In this document: positions 20,787 through 28,854 of the stretch, one piece after another
Layout: each line of letters starts with the position of its first letter
How positions within the stretch are numbered: position 1 is the first letter of the stretch
From: Dehalococcoidia bacterium
GTDB taxonomy: Bacteria; Chloroflexota; Dehalococcoidia; UBA2979
NCBI GenBank assembly: GCA_965249675.1
Contig: OZ252250.1
Coordinates: forward strand, 2,461,372 to 2,525,371
DNA: 64,000 bases
Direction: 5' to 3'
Program-made: the position numbers and the translations under genes
The notes under the pieces: model-generated
What the model was told of the DNA's origin: nothing
What the model saw: the letters and a program-made list of their open reading frames with translations, nothing else
Database searches by the model: none

Positions 20787-21296
20787 TGCGTCCAGAAGTC
20801 AAAGGATGGTGACGAGATGACGTAACCAATCCGGAGACGTGCTCGTCGTTGCCAGCCGGTGGAAGTCCGGTCTGGGTAGCTGTCAGGAGGCCCCGTAGCA
20901 GGTCGGCGGCGCGGACGGGAAACGGTCCGTGTCGAAGCCCGATGTCGAAAGCCCATTTGGGGGAGCAACCAAGCGGTCCGCAGCATGAAGCGAAGCCTGC
21001 CGCACCGTGAATGACTCAAAGAGGAGCCGAGCCCGGGGGATCGGGGCGAAGACCATGGACGAGGTGAAGAGCCTCAAAGCGCAGCCTCAAGGAACCTCTC
21101 GGCGTAAGGGGCGTGGAACGTTTGGAAGGTAGCGACGGGAACTGGAGAAGCCCTCCCCGGCCCGGCACCCTGCGAAACGGTGTCGGAGCGAGGCGTCTTA
21201 TAACCGGTGATAAGCCGGGAAGTGGACAGCCAACCGGAGGGTGACGGAGGGGGCAGTAGTACCGCTGGAGCCGGACGGACAACAGAACTGCCGGTG
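20787..21296 (+). ncRNA. group II intron 5' RNA domains (putative domains I-III)
   Basis: Starts GUGCG, carries no long ORF, and is followed by the start of the intron-encoded protein. Confidence 0.45.
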
Positions 21297-21410
21297 ATGG
21301 GAAGGGCCCCTACTTTGTCTATGCGATGCGTTCAGGGAGGAATCGGGAGTGGCCACGGTCTACCAACCACCCGGAATAAGGTTCAAGAACTACAACGCAC
21401 GCTCTACCGG
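21297..21410 (+). pseudogene. group II intron RT/maturase, N-terminal fragment (...VQELQRTLYR) cut by IS3 insertion
   Basis: The reading frame continues at 25504 with AAKADPKRRFHALYDKVYRRDILERAWEQV, together reconstructing a canonical IEP N-terminus. Confidence 0.7.
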
Positions 21411-21440
21411 AAGCTGTCAACCTCTCCATGCCGGTCGAGG

Positions 21441-22466
21441 TCAGGGTGTTGTTGCAATGACGGGTTTGTTGATCCACGCCTCCTTCGGGGGTCTGGCGGC
21501 CCGCGGCGGTCCGTTGCGGAACCGCTCGGGCCAGACGCTGTAGGCGGCATCCAGGGTCTCCTGACGCGCCTGCACGGTCTCCAGGGCTTGCCCGCCGTGG
21601 AGCGTGGCGGGGTGCTGGTAGCCGACACCGGAGTGGTAGTGCTCGCGGTTGTACCAGTCGACAAACGGCGCCATCCAGCTCCGCACCTCCTCCAGCGAGT
21701 GGAAGCGGTCGGGGTAGTCGTGGCGGTACTTGACGGTCTTGAAGCCGGCCTCGGAGTAGGGGTTGTCGTTGCTCACGCGCGGGCGCGAGAGGCTGCGCGT
21801 GACAGCGAGGTCTTCGAGCAACTCCGCCAGGCTTGTCGACGTCATCTGGGCGCCACGGTCTGAGTGCAGCGTCAGTTGCTGCGGCGAGATCCCGTTGCGG
21901 TCGCAGGCGGTGCCCACCAGCGTCCTGGCAACCTCGGTCGACTCCGCCGTGTCGACCGTCCAGGCGACGATCTTGCGACTGAAGATGTCGATCATCACGT
22001 AGAGATAGAACCAGCTGCGGTGGTGAGGGCCGCGGAGCCGCGAGATGTCCCACGACCAGACCTCGTTCGGGCCGCTCGCCTGCACCTGGGGTGCATGGTG
22101 GGTCGTGCGTCGGTGACCGCGACGCCGTTCTCTGACCAGGCCGCGTTCCTCGAGGATGCGGTACATCTGGCGGATCGAGCAGACGTACGAGCCCTCGTCC
22201 AGCAGCTGATAGTAGACCTGGGCGGGCGCCTGGTCACGAAAGCGTGGTGAGCACAGCAGCTCGGCGATGTGATCGCGCAGCTGGTCGGGGATGCGTGACG
22301 GCTGCGGCTGGTGCTGCTCGCGCGGTTTCGCCTGTGACGGCCGCCTGTGTAGCCGGCCGGCGGCCGCCTGGCGGCGGCTGCGGTCGGTCCGCTCTGAGTA
22401 TCCGAAGGCTCGACAGGCGCGGGCACGGCCAACCCGCTGGGCCCATGCTTCCACAGCGGCGAGCAT
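21441..22466 (-). CDS. IS3-family transposase OrfB (integrase catalytic core)
   Basis: rve-type DDE domain (WSWDISRL, YLYVMIDIFSRKIV, HSDRGAQMTS, RPRVSNDNPYSEAGFKTVK). Confidence 0.9.
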   Translation of the reverse strand: MLAAVEAWAQRVGRARACRAFGYSERTDRSRRQAAAGRLHRRPSQAKPREQHQPQPSRIPDQLRDHIAELLCSPRFRDQAPAQVYYQLLDEGSYVCSIRQMYRILEERGLVRERRRGHRRTTHHAPQVQASGPNEVWSWDISRLRGPHHRSWFYLYVMIDIFSRKIVAWTVDTAESTEVARTLVGTACDRNGISPQQLTLHSDRGAQMTSTSLAELLEDLAVTRSLSRPRVSNDNPYSEAGFKTVKYRHDYPDRFHSLEEVRSWMAPFVDWYNREHYHSGVGYQHPATLHGGQALETVQARQETLDAAYSVWPERFRNGPPRAARPPKEAWINKPVIATTP

Positions 22467-22547
22467 CTGCGCCCGCCAGTTGGCGTATGCCTGGGAATGA
22501 CAACCCGTTCTGGCCCCACCTTGATCCTCTGAACTGGCCCCACCCCC

Positions 22548-23340
22548 GGGATGTGGTCAGCTGGTCGGAGCACCTCCCTTCGAGGCGGTGGTGACCCGCA
22601 GGCGATAGGACTCGCTGCCGGTCTCGATGATGTGGGCGCGGAACGTGAGCCGGTCGACGACCGCGGCGGCGAGGCGGGGGGTCGGCGAAGGTGCGGCCCC
22701 ACTCCGAGAACGGCGCGTTGGAGGCGACTGCCACCGAGGCCCGCTCCTCGCGCTCGGTGAGGACCTGGAAGAGCAGTTCGGCTCCGCGCGGGTCGAGGTG
22801 GACGTAGCCGAACTCGTCGAGGCAGAGCAGGTCGAGCCGGCCGTAGCGGGCGACCAGGCGTGAGAGCGTGCGCTCGTCGGCGGCTTCGGCCAGTTCGTTC
22901 ACGAGCTGTGCCGCCGTCGTGTAGCGCACCCGCAGCCCGCGCTGGCAGGCGGCCATGCCGAGCCCGATCAGCAGGTGCGACTTGCCGGTGCCGCTGTCTC
23001 CGAGCAGCACGACGGGCTGGCCCGAGGCGATCCACTCGCCGCGCTCGAGCGTGGCGAGCATGGTCGGGTCGACCGTGGGGGCCGCCGCCAGGTCGAAGTC
23101 GGCGAGGTGCTTGAGCCGGGGGAAACGGGCCTCGTGGATGCGGCGCTCACGGCGGCGCGCATCGCGGTCGTCGAGCTCGGATTGGAGCACCTCGGCGAGG
23201 TAGGCGAGATGGGTGAGCCGGTCGCGCAGCGCGGCCTCGGCGAGCGCGCCGGCCTGCTGACGGACCGTGGGGAGGTGCAGCGCACGGCTGGTCGCCTCGA
23301 CCTGAAGCGCCGCCGCCTGCTCGGTCACAGGTGTGCTCAT
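22548..23340 (-). pseudogene. IS21 IstB ATP-binding helper, frameshifted near C-terminus
   Basis: Walker A GDSGTGKSHLL and DEFGYV. After ...FSEWGRTFADP the frame is lost at a 6-G homopolymer (22676-22681); removing one base restores ...RLAAAVVDRLTFRAHIIETG... Confidence 0.8.
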
Positions 23341-24866
23341 CGCGTGCTCGCGGCGAGCAGCGCGTCGTAGCCGGCCAGGCTCGGCGCCGGGCGTTCGAAG
23401 CGCCTGAGCGCCGGCCGCTCCACAACGGCGGTCTCGCGGCGGCCGTCGGCGACGCGGCGCGCCTCGATGGCGATCAGCGCCGGGTCCACCGCGCCCAGCT
23501 GCTCCACCGCATCGAGTGCTGCGTGCACCGAGGCGGCGGGGAGGTGGCGGTGCAATAGCAGCACCTCGATGAGCGCCCGCGTCCCGGCGCCGTCACCGAG
23601 CTTGCGGCGGGCACGCTGCCAGAAGCGTTCGTGCGCGGCGGTGAAGCCAGCGCCTGAGCGCGCCTGCGCGAGCGCGATCGAGCCGGGCAGCGCCCCGGGC
23701 TTGCGGGACAGCACCTCGAGGAAGTGGTCCAGCACGAGGACCTCGGATCCCTTGTGCGCGCTGCGCTCGTGGCGGGCAACCACCCGGCCCGCGACGAGGG
23801 CGGTCACGGTCCCGCCGCCCAGGCGGACGTCCACCGTGCGGCCCGCGAACGCCGCGGGGACCGAGTAGCGCGAGCCACGCACGGAGATGCGCGCCTTGCG
23901 GTCGGCCTTCGCTTGCAGTGCGACCGTGGGGTCGAAGGGTTCGGCGGGGAGGGGCCGCAGCGCGGGCCGCTCTGCCTCCGCCGTCTGGCCGACGGTGGCG
24001 AGCCGGCCGGCGATGTGGCGGGCTCCGTCTGCGCGGTCGGCCGCCTCGAGCAGCGCGTTCAGCTCGGCCAGGCTCTCGCCGCGCGGGACCGGCACGAGGT
24101 GGCGCCGGCGGAAGCGCCCGACCTCACCCTCCACGCCCCCCTTCTCGTGCGCGCCCGCGATGCCGGGCTCGCAGAAGAAGCTGTCGAAGCCGTAGTGCGA
24201 GCGCAACGCGACGAAACGGTCGCTCTCGACGCGGTCGCGGCCGCGCAGCACGCGCGTGACGGCCGAGCTCAGATTGTCGTAGCGGATCCGCCGCGGCACC
24301 CCGCCGAGGCGCTCGAGGGCGAGCGTGTGGCCCTCGAGGAACGCCTCCTGGCCCTCGCCCGGGAAGCACACGTGGACCGCCCGCCCCGAGTGCGAGAGCC
24401 GCAGCACGAACATCGACAGCTCGGTCAGCACGCCGTCCAGCCAGACGCTGACCCCGCCGAAGTCGACCTCCGCCTCCTCGCCCGGCGGATGCAACTGGGG
24501 GATCGTCACGACTGAGCGACCGGACTCCAGCTCGCGGCGCACGCGGCCGACGTAGGCGCGCACCGTCGCCTCGGCGACCGTCGCGCCGTACTCATCGACG
24601 AGGCGCTCCCAGACCCGCCGCGCCGTGTGCCGCTGCTTGCGCGGCGCGCTCAGGTCGGCGACGAGCCACTCCCGGATGATCTCTACGTACGGACCGAGCT
24701 TCGGCGCCGCTCGAGACGCCTGCTTGCGTTGTGGCGGCAGCGCCGACTGCAGCGCCTGCCGTACCGTGCGCCGGTGCACGTGGTGGCGGCGCGCCAGCTC
24801 GCGTATGGGCAGCCCCTCCTCTCGCCATGCCCGTCGGATATCCTCGAACAACTCCACCCTCGACAC
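23337..24866 (-). CDS. IS21 IstA transposase
   Basis: N-terminal HTH (IRELARRHHVHRRTVRQAL), DDE core; 4-nt overlap with istB as is typical. Confidence 0.9.
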   Translation of the reverse strand: MSRVELFEDIRRAWREEGLPIRELARRHHVHRRTVRQALQSALPPQRKQASRAAPKLGPYVEIIREWLVADLSAPRKQRHTARRVWERLVDEYGATVAEATVRAYVGRVRRELESGRSVVTIPQLHPPGEEAEVDFGGVSVWLDGVLTELSMFVLRLSHSGRAVHVCFPGEGQEAFLEGHTLALERLGGVPRRIRYDNLSSAVTRVLRGRDRVESDRFVALRSHYGFDSFFCEPGIAGAHEKGGVEGEVGRFRRRHLVPVPRGESLAELNALLEAADRADGARHIAGRLATVGQTAEAERPALRPLPAEPFDPTVALQAKADRKARISVRGSRYSVPAAFAGRTVDVRLGGGTVTALVAGRVVARHERSAHKGSEVLVLDHFLEVLSRKPGALPGSIALAQARSGAGFTAAHERFWQRARRKLGDGAGTRALIEVLLLHRHLPAASVHAALDAVEQLGAVDPALIAIEARRVADGRRETAVVERPALRRFERPAPSLAGYDALLAASTR

Positions 24867-25025
24867 ACTCCTCTTCTTTCGCTCGGGGAGGTCTCAGTTG
24901 CCCGAGCGTAGCTGCTGGATGGGTCGGGGGTGGGGCCAGTTCAGAGGATCAAAACGGCTCCAGATGGGGCCAAATCAGAGTAGCGTTCCCATATGCCTGC
25001 GCTGGCCACTCGGCTCGGGTCGGCG

Positions 25026-25472
25026 CTACCCGTTCTGGCCACTCGGTCGCCGCTGCGACGCGCTCTTGCGGGCAAATCTTTGCAAGAGCGCCAAGGCTTT
25101 TCCCTGGGCCTCGATCAGCTCCTCTGCCGTCTCCAGCTGCTGCTCGGCAAGCATCGCCCGCTGCCGGTAGCGGTCGCGCTCAAGGGTCAGCCGGTTGGGC
25201 GCTCGTGGTCCCGGCGGCCGCTCGACGAGGGCACGGCGCGCCCCATCGTCACGCTGCTGGCGCCACCTGGTGATCAGAGAGGAGTACAGACCCTCGCGCC
25301 GACAGATGGCGCCGACTGCTCCCGGCTCTCCGCGGGCCTTTGCCTCGTCGATCTCCGCCAGGATGTCGAGCTTGTACTGCACTGGCCACGACCTGCGTGC
25401 TCGACGCACCTCAGTCTCTTCATCAACCACCATCGGTCTACGTCCACTTCTCCGCCCTCGTATCAATCGCAC
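25026..25472 (-). CDS. IS3-family transposase OrfA (HTH / leucine zipper)
   Basis: Identical to orfA of copy B except for a few substitutions; ends QRFARKSASQRRPSGQNG. Confidence 0.85.
   Translation of the reverse strand: MRLIRGRRSGRRPMVVDEETEVRRARRSWPVQYKLDILAEIDEAKARGEPGAVGAICRREGLYSSLITRWRQQRDDGARRALVERPPGPRAPNRLTLERDRYRQRAMLAEQQLETAEELIEAQGKALALLQRFARKSASQRRPSGQNG
25098..25104 (-). promoter_or_regulatory. -1 programmed ribosomal frameshift heptamer G GGA AAA of IS3 copy A
   Basis: X XXY YYZ heptamer in orfA frame; orfB lies in the -1 frame and stays open from the heptamer onward. Confidence 0.55.
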
Positions 25473-25503
25473 TACATCCGGCAGAGATGAGGTTGGCAGC
25501 TAG

Positions 25504-26773
25504 GGCCGGGCGGCCAAGGCCGACCCCAAGCGACGATTCCATGCGCTCTACGACAAGGTCTATCGCAGGGACATTCTGGAGCGCGCGTGGGAGCAGGTGC
25601 GTCGCAATCACGGCGCAGCCGGTATCGACGGCGTCACGCTCGCCGAGGTCGAGCGCTACGGCGTGGAGCGTCTGCTGGATGAGTTGGCCGCGGAACTGAA
25701 GGACGGAAGCTACAGGGTGCAGCCGAGCCGCCGAGTCTGGATACCCAAGCCCGGACGGACGGAGCAGCGCCCGCTCTCGATTCCCTCGGTCCGTGACCGC
25801 ATCGTGCAGGCGTCGCTGAAGCTGGTGACGGAGCCGGTCTTTGAGGCCGACTTCTTGCCATCGAGCTTCGGCTTCCGCCCGAAGCTCGCGGCCCATGACG
25901 CCCTGCAGGTCCTCATTGATGAGGCGTGGCGGGGCAGGCGGTGGGTAGTGGAAACGGACATCGTCTCGTGTTTCGAGTCGATATCTCACGACCGTTTGAT
26001 GGTGGCCGTCGAGGAAAGGATATGCGACCGCAATCTCCTGAAACTGGTACGGGCGATGCTGCGTGCCGGTGTGATGGAGTCGGGGGTCGTGCAGCACAGC
26101 GTGACGGGTACGCCGCAGGGCGGGGTGATGTCTCCGCTGCTGGCCAACGTCTACTTGCACCGTTTGGACCGGGAATGGGAGGCGAAGGGTACGGGCGTGC
26201 TGGTGCGCTACGCGGACGACCTCGTGGTGCTCTGCCGGGGAGGAAGCGGAGCAGGCCCTGGCCTTGCTGCGCGACCTGCTGGGTGAGCTCGGCTTGGAGC
26301 TCAAGGCGGAGAAGACGCGCATCGTGCGCCTGCGTGAGGGAGGCGAGGGACTGGAGTTCCTCGGCTTCGAGCACCGCTGGGTACGTGCGGAGCGCAACAA
26401 GAATATCCAGTTCCTCGCACGCTGGCCCTCACGGCGAGCGATGCAGCGGGCGCGAGACCGTATCCGTGAGCTCACGACGCGGTCGCGTCTATTGCTGAGT
26501 CCATCGACGGTCGTGGCGGACGTGAACCGCTACCTCCGTGGTTGGGTGAGCTACTTCCGCTACGGCAACTCGGCGCAGGCGTTCAATTCGCTTCGCTGGT
26601 ATGCCGGGTGGCGTCTCAAGGTGTGGTGGGGCAAACGGCTGGGATGGCGCCTCCGTCATCGCTACGGACCGTTTCCCCTTGCCCACCATCTGGGGCTCAT
26701 CCGGCTCGCTGGGCGCGTCGTTACGCCACGGCCGATGAGGCCGTGGCGGGGAGCGCCGCATGCCGCCCGGTGA
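25504..26773 (+). pseudogene. group II intron reverse transcriptase/maturase (IEP of intron 1), frameshifted
   Basis: RT domains (GIDGVT, IPKPG, SFGFRP, VRYADDLVVL) then maturase X domain (RYLRGWVSYFRY); an extra G in the run at 26237-26240 splits it into ORFs 25597-26286 and 26264-26773; no endonuclease domain. Confidence 0.8.
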
Positions 26774-27160
26774 AAGGCATCGGTGAGCCGTGTGCGGGGT
26801 GCGCCAAGCTAACTGGTGTTTGGACAGGGGGTGAAAGTCCGCCGCGGTGAAGGGGCTAGCCACCCCACACCGCTCCCCGAGCCGTGCGTGGGTCGCCGCG
26901 AGGCGGCACGCGAAGCGTCGGCAGGGGTACATGTGGGCAAGGCTATAGAGCGCCGAAAGTGGCATTGTTCGGAGTGCCGAGGCTTTCTCGCAGGCCGAAG
27001 GCAACAGCGGCGGCGGCGTTTTGGCGAGCCGTCGCCTTCTCCGCGGCGTCTAAGAACCATTGCACGCATGCACGTCCATCACCGGGACTTGGGAGAGCTG
27101 CGCGCCGCCCCGACGAGTCGTACGTCGGGGCCGCGTCGGGAAGGGAGGCAACCGTAGCTG

Positions 27161-28658
27161 ATGATGAACGACGCGCAGCAGTCTGATGGGGCCGTAGGAG
27201 CTATGAAGGTGACGAACAAAGGGGCGCGAGTCCCGGCGGAGTCGCTGGAGCAAAGGGCCCCAGCCGAGAGGAATCGGCGACGCTCCGGCACAGTCCGGTC
27301 TCAGAATCGGGGAGCTGTGTCACCCGGAGCGGAGCGGATACGGCAGTTCGCAGAGAAGAAGCCGGGAGAGAAACTCATCGCGCTCCTGCACCACATCACG
27401 TCGGAAACACTCAAGGAGGCGTACCACGCTTTGAAGCGTGACGCGGCTCCGGGCGTGGACGGGGTGACGTGGCGGGAATACGGGGACGGACTGGACGAGC
27501 GTTTGCTCGACCTGCACGGCCGCGTGCACCGGGGAGCGTATCGGGCGAAGCCTGTGCGGCGGGTAGAGATACCAAAGCCGGACGGGGGCGTACGACCGCT
27601 CGGTATCGTCTCGCTGGAGGACGAGATCGTTCAGCGGGCAGTGGTGGACAATCTTCTGAACCCGATTTACGAATCGGAGTTCTACGGCTTCTCGTACGGC
27701 TTCAGGCCGGGGCGCTCGGCGCATGACGCGCTGGACGCACTGGCCTACGCGGTCGAACGGCGCAAGGTCAGCTGGATTGTCGAGGTGGACATCCGGGGGT
27801 TCTTCGACAGCATCGACCGGGAACGGCTGATGTCGTTTCTGGAGATGCGCATCGGGGACCAGCGGGTGTTGCGCCTGATACGAAAGTGGCTGAACGCCGG
27901 AGTCATGGACGGGGGACTGGAAGTCGATTTCGTGCGGGGGACGCCGCAGGGAGCGCCGATATCGCCGCTGCTTGCGAACGTGTACCTGCACAACGTGCTC
28001 GATGACTGGTTCGCGCGCGAGTGGCGACCGCGGGAGGCCCGGGGCGAGGCGTACATCGTGCGGTATGCCGATGACTTTGTCCTGGGGTTTCAGCACCGCA
28101 GCGATGCGGTGCGTTTCATGGAGGCGCTTCGGGAGCGATTTGCGGCCTTCGGACTGGAGCTGCACCCGGAGAAGACGCGTCTTGTGGAGTTCGGCCGGTT
28201 CGCGATGGCGAACCGGCGTAAGCGCGGGGAGAGTCGGCCGGAGACGTTCGATTTTCTCGGGCTGACGCACTACTGCCGGACGACGAGCAAGGGGCGTTTC
28301 GGGCTGGGACGTAAGCCCTCAGCGAAGCGTATGCATCGCACGCTCAAGGCCATACGGGCCGAGACGCGGCGGCGCATGCACGACAACCCAGTGAGTGGCG
28401 CAGTGGCTTGGGCGTGTGCTGCGTGGGTGGCTTGGCTACTACGCGGTGCCGACGAGTTATCGGTTCCTCCACCGCTTTGTGCAGACCTTGCTCCGCATGT
28501 GGTGGCAGGTCTTGCGGCGGCGGTCGCAACGGGATCGTTTCTCGTGGGAGCGCCTCGACGCCCTGTGCCGGGACTACTGGCCTCGAATCTCCATCCTCCA
28601 CCCGTGGCCGACGACGCGGTTCGCCGTCAGGACTCAAGGCAGGAGCCGGATGCATTAA
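27161..28658 (+). pseudogene. second group II intron-type reverse transcriptase/maturase (RT2), frameshifted
   Basis: GVDGVTWREY, VRRVEIPKPDGGVRPLGI, YGFRPGRSAHDAL, IVRYADDFVLGF, then X domain LRGWLGYYAVP in a different frame (ORF 28395-28658) because of a 4-bp tandem duplication AGTGAGTG at 28390-28397. Confidence 0.8.
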
Positions 28659-28854
28659 CGTGCACGTCCGGATCCGTGCGGGGGGCGGCCAGCAATGGCC
28701 GTCCCTACCGCGAAAGAACCGCACGTCTGGTTCGAGGTGGCAGGGGCTGAAGACCGACGTTGCTACGGACGGGGAGTTGTGCACCACCGGGAAACCGGCT
28801 TGGAATCGACGCGCCCCGGCCCTACGGCACGCACCGCGCCAGCCCCTGACCCTA

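Larger units (their letters stand above)
22491..24990 (-). mobile_element. IS21-family insertion sequence nested inside IS3 copy A
   Basis: istA+istB; multi-repeat termini TGGGAA...GGGGTGGGGCCAGTTCAGAGGATCAA at both ends in inverted orientation; flanked by a TATGCC(T) direct repeat of IS3 sequence. Confidence 0.85.
21409..25505 (-). mobile_element. IS3-family insertion sequence, copy A, carrying a nested IS21-family element
   Basis: Ends (CCCTAGCTGCCAACC ... GGTTGACAGCTTCCG) and orfA/orfB identical to copy B at 43108-44699, but with 2.5 kb of IS21 between orfA and orfB. Confidence 0.85.
20787..26900 (+). mobile_element. group II intron (intron 1), interrupted by an IS3/IS21 composite; 3' boundary unresolved
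   Basis: 5' GUGCG at 20787, then ~510 nt of non-coding structured sequence; the RT/maturase reading frame begins ~21297 and resumes at 25504 after the IS insertion. Confidence 0.55.

Noticed and set aside
25438-26475. 345-aa minus-strand ORF and 27320-28270 316-aa minus-strand ORF
   Set aside because: Antisense to the two reverse-transcriptase genes; no motifs.
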